Shown here in pieces: positions 1 to 11,407 of a stretch of DNA of 64,000 nucleotides. Below the pieces are notes generated by a model. That model did not search any database. It had not been told where the DNA came from and worked only from the letters and a program-made list of their open reading frames with translations. The stretch spans positions 46,112,426 through 46,176,425 of the forward strand of contig NC_068986.1 of assembly GCF_001194135.2 (NCBI RefSeq), written 5' to 3'. Origin of the DNA: Octopus bimaculoides. Lineage: Eukaryota. A program made the translations under genes and the position numbers. Within the stretch, counting starts at the first letter, position 1, and every line of letters starts with the position of its first letter.

Positions 1-29
1 GAGCCAGTCCAGGGGCACTGGCAATGATC

Positions 30-240
30 CACATATATACATACGTATATGTATACATATATATATATATATAGATATAGATACATATATGTATACATAT
101 ACATATTTACATACATATATATATTTATATACATATATATATACATTTATATACATATATATATATACATATATATTTATATACATATATATTATACATT
201 TATATACATATATATATATACATTTATATACATATATATA
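30..240. repeat. degenerate (TA)n/(TACA)n microsatellite
   Basis: Low-complexity TA-rich run. It is the source of the IYIY ORF 49..264. Confidence 0.95.
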
Positions 241-278
241 GGCGCAGGAGCGCTTGTGTGGTAAGTAGCTTGCTTACC
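241..278 (+). mobile_element. tRNA-derived SINE family B, 5' head only, truncated
   Basis: GGCGCAGGAG..TGTGTGGTAAGTAGCTTGCTTACC matches the heads of the copies at 1545-1614(-), 32020-32183(-) and 61232-61382(-). Confidence 0.8.
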
Positions 279-1410
279 CTTGACTTCCAGTCTTGCGCGT
301 TGGTTACTTCCTGTGAACCTGAAGAACTGTTTGGACGTGGGTCGTTTCACGCCGACCAAAATTGAAAATTTGTGAAGTCAGCCGAGGTAGGTGGAATTGT
401 TTTTAAAGCTCGGTGGGAATTATTGTCGTTTTATTTTTTTGCAGTATATCTCGCCCAGCTCTGGAGCAGTTTTGCCTGCTTTGGTGACTTAAGTTGTTGC
501 TTGTTGAGTGAGTGCAATTGTGTTTCTGGTTCGTTGTTGTTGGTAGGCATGTTCGAACCACCACAACAATGAAATGAGAATTTTTTGAGTGAAAAAAAAA
601 ACTTTGATGGAAACCTTTGTGTTGACATTTTGTAGTTCAGTGAGGTGTCTGTCGCCAAGTGGATTGTATTTTTCGGTGGGTGTATTTCGTCAAACCTGTG
701 TTGGAATATACCTACTGGATTTACCTGTTGGATTACCTGGAGTGCTACCAAAGAGTTCTTGCTGTGTTTCTTTTATTTTTTGAACTATTTTTTCTCTTTA
801 TTTTACAACTTTGGTTCTCTCTTCTTTCATTTTATTATCTACTTTTTTCTTCCTTTCTTTTTCCATGTGAACTGTTCTATCCTTTCTGTTTTTGAACTGT
901 TGCTTGTGAACTTTTTCCTGACTTTTTTAACATGGCAGAGCTAAAAAAGAGGACCCCTGTCATGGAGTGGGAGATTATTCTACCCAAGCAGTGGGTAGAT
1001 GGCCTTGAGAAGAGGACGGTGGTCCTGCGAACCTGTCGCGGACACCATCGCCCTCTTCGAAAAGGTAGAAATAGAAGAACTAGTGAACTGTTTGCCAGGA
1101 AAGAAATTTTTTATCTTGGGGGTGGGGGGCAAATTTGCAACGGTGTGGTTGCAGTTTGACTCCCCAGAAGAAGCCTGCACTGTGGCTAGTCAGCCCATTC
1201 AGAGTGAAAAAATTCTGTTTCTCCCAACTCATTGTGGGAAGAGAATTATCAGAGCCTGGGTTTGTGGTCTGCCCCGAGCACAGAAGCTGGATAGATCGAG
1301 GATACTGTCCGGTGCAATTTGGGGGATAGTGGACACAGGTTGTTGAATGTGACAGTGACTCCACCGGTGAACCGGGAGGGGTCAAAGGCAACCTTGACCC
1401 TATGGACTCT
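279..1410 (+). mobile_element. 5' UTR and frameshifted ORF1 fragment of a Tx1/L1-like non-LTR retrotransposon
   Basis: GC-richer segment with a T-rich leader and ATG at 932. ORFs 932..1159 and 999..1346 join across a frameshift near 1040 (EKRTVVLRT / DTIALFEKVEIEELVNCLP..KFATVWLQFDSPEEA..LPTHCGKRIIRAWVCGLP), resembling RRM-type LINE ORF1. No ORF2 is present. Confidence 0.5.
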
Positions 1411-1541
1411 AATGGCCTGAGGAACATTCTAGTGAAGTTGAACGTCTTATCTGGCCACCACAGTCCCCAGATCTCAATATCATTGAACATTTATGGTGCA
1501 TTTTAGAGTTGATATCCTCCACCATCATCACTACAAGAACT
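1411..1541 (+). mobile_element. internal fragment of the Tc1-like family found at 53980-55253
   Basis: Aligns by eye to about 54932-55078 and encodes EHSSEVERLIWPPQSPDLNIIEHLWCILE. About 14 nt are deleted relative to the full copy. Confidence 0.9.
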
Positions 1542-1544
1542 ACA

Positions 1545-1614
1545 TGCAGTGGGACTGAACCTGGAACCATGTGGTGAGTAAGCAAGCTACTTACCACATA
1601 GCCACTCTTGTGCC
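1545..1614 (-). mobile_element. SINE family B head
   Basis: Reverse complement GGCACAAGAGTGGCTATGTGGTAAGTAGCTTGCTTACTCACCACATGGTTCCAGGTTCAGTCCCACTGCA, with A/B-box-like tRNA-derived motifs. Confidence 0.85.
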
Positions 1615-1646
<32 letters not shown>

Positions 1647-2562
1647 NNNNNNNNNNNNNNNNNNNNNNNNNNNNNNNNNNNNNNNNNNNNNNNNNNNNNN
1701 NNNNNNNNNNNNNNNNNNNNNNNNNNNNNNNNNNNNNNNNNNNNNNNNNNNNNNNNNNNNNNNNNNNNNNNNNNNNNNNNNNNNNNNNNNNNNNNNNNNN
1801 NNNNNNNNNNNNNNNNNNNNNNNNNNNNNNNNNNNNNNNNNNNNNNNNNNNNNNNNNNNNNNNNNNNNNNNNNNNNNNNNNNNNNNNNNNNNNNNNNNNN
1901 NNNNNNNNNNNNNNNNNNNNNNNNNNNNNNNNNNNNNNNNNNNNNNNNNNNNNNNNNNNNNNNNNNNNNNNNNNNNNNNNNNNNNNNNNNNNNNNNNNNN
2001 NNNNNNNNNNNNNNNNNNNNNNNNNNNNNNNNNNNNNNNNNNNNNNNNNNNNNNNNNNNNNNNNNNNNNNNNNNNNNNNNNNNNNNNNNNNNNNNNNNNN
2101 NNNNNNNNNNNNNNNNNNNNNNNNNNNNNNNNNNNNNNNNNNNNNNNNNNNNNNNNNNNNNNNNNNNNNNNNNNNNNNNNNNNNNNNNNNNNNNNNNNNN
2201 NNNNNNNNNNNNNNNNNNNNNNNNNNNNNNNNNNNNNNNNNNNNNNNNNNNNNNNNNNNNNNNNNNNNNNNNNNNNNNNNNNNNNNNNNNNNNNNNNNNN
2301 NNNNNNNNNNNNNNNNNNNNNNNNNNNNNNNNNNNNNNNNNNNNNNNNNNNNNNNNNNNNNNNNNNNNNNNNNNNNNNNNNNNNNNNNNNNNNNNNNNNN
2401 NNNNNNNNNNNNNNNNNNNNNNNNNNNNNNNNNNNNNNNNNNNNNNNNNNNNNNNNNNNNNNNNNNNNNNNNNNNNNNNNNNNNNNNNNNNNNNNNNNNN
2501 NNNNNNNNNNNNNNNNNNNNNNNNNNNNNNNNNNNNNNNNNNNNNNNNNNNNNNNNNNNNNN
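1647..2562. other. assembly gap (N); further gaps at 14394-15006, 21923-22277, 23611-23620, 30010-30179, 31767-32007 and 38283-38980
   Basis: Runs of n, most flanked by (TA)n. Confidence 1.
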
Positions 2563-3205
2563 ATATATATATATATAGGTACATATATATTTAGTTAATA
2601 AAAAAAAACAGAGAAAAGAAGGACAACAAGAAAAAAGAACAATGCAAGGATGTGGTACATGCAAAGTATTAATAAGACATTCAGAGAAGGAAAGAAAGAG
2701 TGTTTTACGTTTCAAGCAAAGCTCTTCTTCAGAAACAGGAGACAGAGAAAAGTCCAAGAGAAATGAAAGACTGAGGAGCAAAATTGCCAACAGTCCACAT
2801 GTGGTTATACACACACACATGCATATATATCACTTGGATTCACACCACTACATGTGTTTTAGATAGCTTTACTAGAGTTCATTCTTTTGCAATTATTCAT
2901 ATCAGATCTTTAGCAACCTTCCACTCATGAGTTTACTGTAGACATTAGCTCACAGACTTTAAGGTTGAGTAATCGTCACATGATGTTCACAATTCAGGAC
3001 TGGGAGAGGGATGCAAATACCATAGGCCCTGCCCTTCCTCCTCCTTCAACAAATTGTCGTTTTTAAATATCATGATAAAGAAAATGTTTCTATTGAACCA
3101 TTGCAAGTCAGTACCAGCAGAAAATACATGAGAGTAGGAATGAGTTCCAGAGGGCTGTACTCCAGAGCCCTCATGATCACTCTAGATGTTATCAGGTCAT
3201 ATCAT

Positions 3206-3474
3206 CATCATCATCATCGTTTAACGTCTGCTTTCCATGCTAGCATGAGTTGGACGATTTGACTGAGGACTGGTGAACCAGATGGCTACACCAGGCTCCA
3301 ATCTGATTTGGCAGAGTTTCTACAGCTGGATGAACTTCCTCACGCTAACCACTCCGAGAGTGTAGTGGGTGCTTTTATGTGCCACCAGCACAAGGGCCAG
3401 TCACATGGTACTGGCAACGGCCATGCTCAAAATGGTGTAGTTTACGTGCCACCTGTACAGGAGCTAGTCCAGCG
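3206..3474 (-). mobile_element. SINE-like retroposon family A with (GAT)n tail and 18-bp target-site duplication
   Basis: GTTATCAGGTCATATCAT occurs at 3188-3205 and 3475-3492. The body is near-identical to 35229-35467(+) and 38981-39075(+). Confidence 0.9.
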
Positions 3475-4083
3475 GTTATCAGGTCATATCATTTTGTAAA
3501 AAACACTAAATGCTCCTCTGGTTTTATTTACACAGCCATGAAAACAGAGATTTGTAGAATAAAGAAATGGGTAGTAAGTAACTCATACTTTTCCTAAGGA
3601 CTATAGTAATTTTTCCTTGTATCAAGGCTTGGACTACATAATAACTTAAAGCCACTCTCTAATAACTACACTAAATCTATGACAATAAAAAGAGTTAATT
3701 CCCATTTTGTATTTATATACTTTAGAATAGCAGCAGTTCTAGAAAATCCTGTTAGAATGATGATGATGATGATGACGTCGAGGACAAATGTTACAAGTCT
3801 CAAATTAAACCTGAAGTTCTGTTTGAGAACCATCAGATAAGCTCATACAAAATCAATGTGGAAGAAAATATAATAGGAATTAATACAGCTATTTTCTGAT
3901 CTTAACATTGATGTCTGTGTTTAAAGAAAATGAGCTGTTTTGAAGAATTTCACAACTTACACATTTACTGTTCAGTCTCACTGAAAAACTTAATGACATG
4001 AAACTAGTACATAGAAGCTTTTTTTTAAAGAAAATATGGTTTCTTTAGATTGCCTTATTTCTATTTTATGAATTAGGTTTAGA

Positions 4084-4225
4084 TGTGGCTGTGTGGCTAA
4101 GAAGCTTGCCTCCCAACCACGTGCTCACAGGCTCACTCCCACAGCATGAAACCTTGGACAAGTGTCTTCTACTATAGTCTCGGCCAAAGTGGATTTAGTG
4201 AATGAAAACTAAAAGAAACCTGTTG
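4084..4225 (+). mobile_element. diverged SINE family B
   Basis: GTGGCTGTGTGGCTAAGAAGCTTGCC..ACCTTGGACAAGTGTCTTCTACTATAG..GTGGATTT..GAAAACTAAAAGAAACC. Confidence 0.8.
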
Positions 4226-4416
4226 TGTATATATGTATGTATGAGTATATGTGTAAGTGTTTGTGTGTGCATGTGTGTTTTAGTGCATACTTTTGTATGG
4301 TTGTAAATTTGCATCATTGTTATACAAGAGAAATTGTTCAATTCTAGCCCTCAATGTAAAACATGCCATAGAAAATCTGCTTCAATAAATTGTCTAACCC
4401 AATAAAGTATGGAAAA

Positions 4417-4475
4417 ATGGATGTTCAATGATGATGGATGTTCAATGATGATGGATGTTCAATGATGATGGATGT
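4417..4475. repeat. 17-bp tandem repeat, about 3.5 copies (ATGGATGTTCAATGATG)
   Basis: Exact units read directly. Confidence 0.9.
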
Positions 4476-5460
4476 CATAATAATTATTAAGACCAGATCC
4501 TCTTCCAAATCTTTGGAACCATGTTCTAGAATAATTACATCAATTGTTCTACAGCTTATAGGCTAGTAAATTTTAATTTCTAAATAGCTTCAACATCAAA
4601 CACCCTTGGAGTAGCAATGCGTCAGTCAATGATATTATTAATGTGTATTATAGGTTCAAGGCTACACATTTCTGTGTAGAACAGTTTATTAAATCACTGT
4701 CAGTACTGATATTTTCCTTTATCAATGATGAAAGAGTAAACTGACCTTGGCAGAAAGAAAGGTTAAACTAACTGATCTTAGCAGATTTTGATCTCAGAAT
4801 ATAAAAGGCCATAACTAAATATTGCAAGGTATTTTGTCTTGTGCTCTCATGATTTTGCTGATCATGTGTATTTAACACCATAAAAACTGACAAGGAACTT
4901 TTACTTTTACCAGTGGTAGAAAACAATAGATACATTACAGATAAAAACAAGTAGTAGTGATATCATCACTGATAAATAATTCATCAGAAAGATCCCCATG
5001 TATCAAAATGAATGTGAATGATTCTAAAATTTATCAGTTACTTGGGTCACTAATTAGAAAGTTGATTCAAACCGCAAATCTTCTTTGAACATAGGCATAT
5101 TAGTCATTACTGATCATGATTCAGGTTCTGTTAATCATGATATACCAAGCATACCAAACTTTCTGATAATTTACAAATGTTTGGCTGGCTATACTCATAC
5201 TGTAATCAGTATTTCTAAGTATCTGAAGAATCTTTAAATTCCACAAGTATTTACTATGGCCCATATTTTTTTTATAAAAGGAATGGACATTATGAAGGAA
5301 ATGTCATGTTATATGTATTACCTCTTTATAGCATACAGTTTTATGAATAAACATTTAGAATCACTGTGTGATTGTCTAGCTACTTAATATTTAACAAGAG
5401 CTTGTTTAAAATGCTTTTATTTTTTAGACAGTGAATAAATCCACTTGAACAAGCACAAAT

Positions 5461-5469
5461 TTATCATCA

Positions 5470-5510
<41 letters not shown>

Positions 5511-6345
5511 TCCATTTTATTTCTCAGAACTCTTGAATTTACTTGTTTTGGTAAATTCTGTAAAAGTGAACAGCAATCTATTGTTAAAGGTCTCATAAGG
5601 TCTCTTTCCATGATACTCAACAACCAAGTACCAATTTCAAAGTCCTTGCTGTCCCCAATGGAACAGTTTTTGAGCATGTTCTACCCTCATACTAATTCCA
5701 GTTTCTCAGACATATTTCTCAAACCTGGTTGTTAGTGCTCTCATTGCCCCTACAGCTAATGGGATGACTGTTACTCTCTTCATTGCCCCCATTTGTGCAA
5801 TTTTTTTGTTTTAGTTGTTTGTATTTTTTCATCTTTTCCAGCTCTTTGTCACCCATGTGTGCATCCCAAGGTATGGCAATATCTATGATCTTGGTTTCCT
5901 TCTTCCTTTTACCCACTACAACATGTTTGACCTCCAAGCATCAATTAGTTAGTCACACTGGATTGTAAAATCCCATAAGATCTTGTATTCATTATTCTCA
6001 GTGATGCCTTCTAGTTATGTCCATACCATTTCCATGTTCTTTCAAGACCACACAATCCCCAGAGAACAAACTTAGTCACATTATCGTGCCTCCTTTTGTA
6101 TTCCCTTTGGGCCAGTTTCCTACACTCACTCAGAATGCATGAGATTGTTTTGTTTTTGCTGCCACACATCTTACAATGGGGCGAATCATTGTTCTTATTT
6201 ATTTGGAACTTGGCGTAATTAGTTACACTCTATTGATACTGCTTTTAGGGTGCAGTTCCTTGTTCACAGTCATCACTTTCTCAGGTTTTCTATAAATTTT
6301 CTCAGGCTCATTCTTAGTCTTCCTAACAACATTTGTACTGTATTA
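5461..6345 (-). mobile_element. 5'-truncated, internally deleted R4/Dong-clade non-LTR retrotransposon (zinc knuckle plus restriction-like endonuclease, (TAA)n tail)
   Basis: Minus-strand translation across frameshifts: ELHPKSSINRV, HCKMCGSKNKTISCILSECRKLAQREYKRRHDNV, KETKIIDIAIPWD..KELEKMKKYKQL, VTVIPLAVGAMRALTTRFEKYV. The tail at 5461-5510 reads (TAA)n on the minus strand. Confidence 0.85.
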
Positions 6346-6353
6346 CCATATTA

Positions 6354-6402
<49 letters not shown>

Positions 6403-6403
<1 letters not shown>

Positions 6404-6545
6404 TACTGCAGTTGACTTTGCCTTTCATACTTTCGGGGTTGATAATTTAAGTACCAGTGAAACACTGGGTCAATGTAACTGACTTATCTCCTCCCACAAA
6501 ATAGCTGCCCTTGTGACAAAATTTAAAACCATTATTGTTATCATT
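6403..6545 (+). mobile_element. SINE family C, partial
   Basis: GTTGACTTTGCCTTTCATACTTTCGGGGTTGATAATTTAAGTACCAG..CTGGGTCAATGTAA..AAAATTTAAAACCATTATT, shared with 48020-48210 and 55745-55945. Confidence 0.75.
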
Positions 6546-6555
6546 ATTATTATTA

Positions 6556-6980
6556 TTGAGTGAGAGAGTAGTGCATGCCATCAAAGTGACACTGGGGTAA
6601 AATATATGAAGCCCAGCATAACCATCATGACTACCTGTCTGATAAGGTTACACCACGCACATGCATCACAACTATATGTGCATGACATGGCGATCTCATA
6701 TCAGGATAAACAGTGCATGACCTCGCAGGTGGGGCCCAGTTAGAATTTTCTTGAAGTTGAGTAGCCCATCCCACTCAAAAGGGCCTTGAATGCACATATC
6801 ATCAGCCACTAAGGGACATGCTCAACTGGTTAGAGTCAAACAACTGACAAGCAAATCTGTGGTATTGAACAGAATATTTGCTGTAGGCCATCTTTTACAC
6901 CGAGACAAAGCAATGTACATGATAACACTTCCAATCAGTTAAGATCAGAAGCCATGAGAGCCACTGTCTGATACTGCATT
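6556..6980 (-). mobile_element. interspersed repeat, probably a LINE 3' end, with (TAA)n tail
   Basis: Non-coding GC-elevated block abutting (ATT)n. Recognised from memory as a common octopus repeat; there is no second copy in the window. Confidence 0.4.
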
Positions 6981-7329
6981 TAACATGAGTCAAATACTTG
7001 TAATTGAAAATTGCAGCTGATGTACAAGAATAAGTCCAGAAAGAAAGGATGCAGCAACAATAGAATGAAAACTTGTAGTATATACACAGTAGTGTGACAT
7101 GAAGTGTACAAGGAATGTAGACTATACAGGGTGGTCAAAACTCATGCTATGCCACTGTGCATATGCTACATGAACTACAAATATAAGAATGCATCCTGTG
7201 TTTGTCTCATATGTAATGCAAAGATAAATAAAGCATATTGTTTGAAGAACTAGGTTATGCATTGAATTCTCAATTCTTATCAAAACGGTAATCTAATGAT
7301 GACAAAGTAGCAAAATTAGAATGTACCAG

Positions 7330-7800
7330 ATATCTTCTGTGCAGATAAGCCTGTGACAAATATCTGATGCACTGTATTAAATGTCCATGTTAGCAAAACA
7401 GTGTGAGAAATTACTTGCACTGGTTGATATGTGAAAAATTTGGACATAAAATGACTGAGTACTGGTTCAAGCATATCACACCTCATCACAAACATCAATG
7501 GTAACAACCATCTGGAACATCTACACTGATAGATTAATATCAACCAATCGACCAGACATCATCTGAGAAGTCTCAAAAAATATACATGGAATAGTTTAAC
7601 AGTCCCTACCAAATACTGAGGGCACTTGCAATCAATGCTCAAGGAACATAGAATGAAGTGATTTGATTCAAAAATCAAGTATGAACCATTTGAATTTACC
7701 AAACTTAAGAGTATGAAGATATATTTTAGAAGTGCAACTTTGGCACCTAACAACATATTATCTGAGAAGTTGATGTAACTGTCAAGGATATTACACATGT
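7330..7800 (+). mobile_element. older decayed R4/Dong-like REL domain fragment
   Basis: Plus-strand pieces NYLHWLICEKFGHKMTEYWFKHITP and TTIWNIYTDRLISTNRPDI match the post-knuckle HW..W..H.P and D..I..NRPD motifs of REL elements. Many stops. Confidence 0.65.
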
Positions 7801-9282
7801 ATTAAAGAAAAGTGAGTTGCCTAAAGATATAGTTATAAATCATATTAAAAGTGCTGAGGTAGCCTATTAGTTATCACCTTGGATTTTGGATTTTATCTTA
7901 TTGAAAATGCATACGACAGAAAAATAAAATCCCTTGGCTGGTTGACTAAAATTATGATAGATACACAAGTAGATGAAACCAATAGTGCTGCAGTTATTGC
8001 TATATGACCAGTATTCATTTCTGGAATGATTAATTACCTTAGTAACGAGAGACTATGACATATGATAGATGCTATATCAAAGTAGATCTGTGAAACCTAT
8101 GCAAGCATGTAAAAACAACAGTAAACTGATGAGAATGATGATAATGAATACTGTGGAAGAGATATTCTGACATTTATCAATTTCATGAACAAATGTATAA
8201 AGTGATGTTAGACATCTGATTGTTGTAAAGATGAAATGAAGGCTATCTTAAATAATGCAGAAATTACAAGTAGTGAGACTGTTTTCTACATATTTTCATG
8301 TAAAATTATACCTGTTATATCCAAAGGCTGCACGTAATACAATAACCAAATATTGATTGAACAAATTGGTAGTGAAGTGCTACTTTGATTTTTATACTTT
8401 ATACTAATAAGATACTTTGAAGTAAAAAATTGGTATTTTTCAAGTCAAATAATACAAATAACTAATGGCTATTTGTATTTCTTGCTGTTATATTTTCTAA
8501 ATTGCACAAGTTTGATCTTTGAAGTTACCCTAGTAACCTACAGATTTAAAATGCACTTAATTTTATAGGAGATGATTTAAATCCTAACTGAAAATATGTG
8601 GAATTTTCTTTAAAGAACTTAACTTATATTAGCTTCTATAATTAGAAAGCAAAGCAAGTCAGTGAAATTCAGATTATACTTGAACTTAATTGCAGTTAAG
8701 CTGAAACATTTCCATACTTTAAAAGTAAAATTAGTATTTTTGTCTGTTTTTTATTCGGCAAACAACAAACATACTTTACTGTCTTCCAGTCTGCAGCTTT
8801 ACATTTTGGTTTCTTGCAAAATATATCTTCTATAATATTGACTTATAATCATTGCTTCTCCAATTTAATCTAGATGATTGTGTCAACAATGCATCGATAC
8901 GTTGCTTCTACTCTTCATTTTCCTCCTGCAACATGTTAAAATCTGACAGAAACAACTACTAATCTTCAATTGCTGTACTGCATTAATTTCACTTGTTTAA
9001 TTACAATCAAAGTGCTCTAGAAATAGCTCCTATCTTTGTCAGGATTTTCAATTTGTCATCGTGTGTATCAACAAAAAGTATGTTCAATCTTCAAGAAAAA
9101 TTCTGATGACACTACTTGTTTTTCCAGTATCTCCAAAATGTTGGAAATAAATCATTAATGATGATTGATTGCATCTTTCTTCCCTTCTCTTCCCATATTG
9201 ACAGTGTGCATGGATTGTTTTAGTAATCCAAGTTGAGTAGGTTGCAGTTAAGAACTGATAAAAAATACAACACTAGGCAAAA

Positions 9283-9482
9283 TACATTATTTACATTTGA
9301 CTGATATTTGTCCTCATCTTGTTTGTTGTTAACATAACATTTCGGCTGATATACACTCCAGCCTTCATCAGGTGTCTTGGGGAAATTTCGAACCTGGGTT
9401 CTCATTCCTAAGCTGAATAATGTTATTATTATTATTAGTATTCAGGTCACTGCCTGGAATCGAACTTGGAATCTTGGGGTTA
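9283..9482 (-). mobile_element. tRNA-headed short element with hammerhead-bearing tail (inverted copy)
   Basis: Perfect B-box GTTCGATTCC on the minus strand at 9456-9465, then a (TAA)-rich linker. Segment 9283-9412 is the reverse complement of 9556-9685. Confidence 0.75.
9331..9376 (-). ncRNA. minimal type I hammerhead ribozyme motif, decayed copy
   Basis: GACAC-CTGATGA-A-GGCTGG-AGTGTATA-TCAGCC-GAAA-TGTT-ATGTT. The first stem I pair is mismatched (A.C). Confidence 0.6.
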
Positions 9483-9720
9483 AGAGCACGGGCTACTAAC
9501 CCAAAGATTCCAAGTTCGGAATAATAATAATAATAATAACAACATTGAAAAATACCTTAGGAATGAGAACCCAGGTTCAAAATTTCCCCAAGACACCTGA
9601 TGAAGGCTGGAGGGTACATCAGCCGAAATATTGTGTTAACAACAAACAAGATGAAGACAAATATCCGTCAGATGTAAATAATGTACATAATTCCTCATCT
9701 CTTAAATACAGAACTGTACT
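9479..9720 (+). mobile_element. tRNA-headed short element with hammerhead-bearing tail (direct copy, head truncated)
   Basis: GTTAAGAGCACGGGCTACTAACCCAAAGATTCCAAGTTCG (tRNA-like D/anticodon/T region), then (AAT)n, then a body containing the hammerhead core. Confidence 0.75.
9592..9637 (+). ncRNA. minimal type I hammerhead ribozyme motif (Penelope-type)
   Basis: Stem I GACAC(9592-9596)/GTGTT(9633-9637); core CTGATGA 9597-9603; extra A; stem II GGCTGG/TCAGCC with 8-nt loop; GAAA 9625-9628; loopless palindromic stem III (AATATT); predicted cleavage after AUU at 9632. Confidence 0.75.
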
Positions 9721-11407
9721 AGTTAAAATATATTGATGAAATATCTGCTTGGTTTGAATGCAACAAAATTGACAATGCTCCCAAGGAGAGGAAATGAAAG
9801 GCATTTGGAAATTAGCTGCATAGCATGAATGTGATCTATTACTGTAAAGAAGGGTAAAATATACAACAGTTGTATGCTCATTATAAGTTCTTGATCATAG
9901 ACATAACTACTGATCAACCAATCCAAATGAATGCATTTATGCCGGTGTTTAAGGAGAACAGAATTGTGACATATGCTTTCTTACATAGGAAACCAATGAA
10001 TATTAATGTGCTCTTTCTGAAGGAAATACTTGCAAAAGCATAGACACAAATATTTTGCTTTCTGTTTTGGGGAATTATAATAGTTAATTTTATAAATTTT
10101 GATAGGCTTGAAGATTTGAAGAATGTTTGTTTATATGCAATTTTTTAGAATGGCACATAATTGAACATTTGGTTTATATGATAGTTAAATATCTATTTAT
10201 CAAAATGTTCAAATTCAAAAGTTGAATAATAAATGGAATACATTCTTGCAGACTAGGAGAAATTATTAGAAAACATGCATCTAGGAATTCAAAATTTGTT
10301 TTATTGAAAAATACATTGTACATGAAGCATCATTTGTAGACAGATGTTAAAAAGAAACTTTGAATTGAAAGGAGTTAAGAAAGAAAGCTACAACTGAATA
10401 ATTTACAGAGGTTTTAACAGCTGAGACATCTCAGGTTTCATAAACAAATTTCCTATTATATATACTAACTGATAAAACAAGTTTTTTTTTTTTTTTTTTT
10501 TTTTTGATAATAAGAAAGTACACAATGATATCATAAAAGAGTGTTATGTTAGTGTTTGAAACCTGATGAAATAGAGAAGCATGTTGCTTTTATAAATATG
10601 TATTGAGTTGATAGCAACTTAGAGTTTGCTTTTAAAATGCCAGAAGTTAGTTTTATTGTACACTTTGTATCAAAATGGCATCAGATATAAAGAAAAAGTT
10701 TCTTAATAATAAATAAAAATCAAATTTTTATTATTCACCAAAACTAAAATGAAAGAAAGTATAATTTCGATGAAATATGTACCTCAGAATAATTGTCTCT
10801 TAATAGAATTCCTTGGCATAAAAATAATTATTTTTCTTTTTCTTCAACTTTAAAAGAAGTCCAATTAAATAAAGCAAAACATAGTAACACAGAAATATTT
10901 AAATAGTATATTATTGGTAATATAGTGTCAGAATTAGTTTTTGAACTTAAAATTGAACTAAAATTGATAAAAATTTAAGTAGTGATAAAAAATTAAGAAG
11001 GGATTGTAATTTAAGAATGCAAGTGGTATGAAATATTAAATCTTAATTACTGTGTTATAACTTAGGAAAATACTAGTAAAGGATATTGGCAATGTACCCA
11101 AAATAGACTAAGATGTATAGATGCATATTTTAATTTTAAATCAGTAATAGAGTAAAATACTAATTTGCATTTAAATGCTTAAGTAATTCATTAAAAACTG
11201 TAATTAATTTATGAATTTGTGACAAAAATTGATGCATAACTCAATAAAATTTTCAAAATGCTCCCTAAGATATAGTCACTTTCTATTTCATAAATAACAT
11301 AATTCTCTATTTCCTACTCTCTTTTAATCATTTCTTTCATTGTACTACTTCTGATCTAGATCAGGTTCATTAGTGTTGAAAATATTTCCAATAAAATTGC
11401 CGCTATT

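Noticed and set aside
49-264. IYIY/CVCV/THTH/poly-I/poly-H ORFs here and throughout the track
   Set aside because: Translations of (TA)n, (TG)n, (CA)n, (TAA)n and (GAT)n microsatellites.
1409-2820. Long ORFs (200-400 aa) containing X runs, also at 14.2-15.1, 21.9-22.4, 29.7-30.4, 31.7-32.1 and 38.1-39.1 kb
   Set aside because: Open only because they cross N gaps.
5445-5735. Exon-like plus-strand ORF with a good acceptor (TTTCTCAG)
   Set aside because: It is the antisense of the R4/Dong element's 3' end.
8780-8950. Minus-strand coiled-coil-like peptide LQEENEE*KQRIDALLTQ after an AG
   Set aside because: In-frame stops in all three frames and no supporting neighbours.
9440-9520. tRNA gene
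   Set aside because: Only a partial, rearranged tRNA-like head with no acceptor stem; treated as SINE-derived, as are the family B heads.
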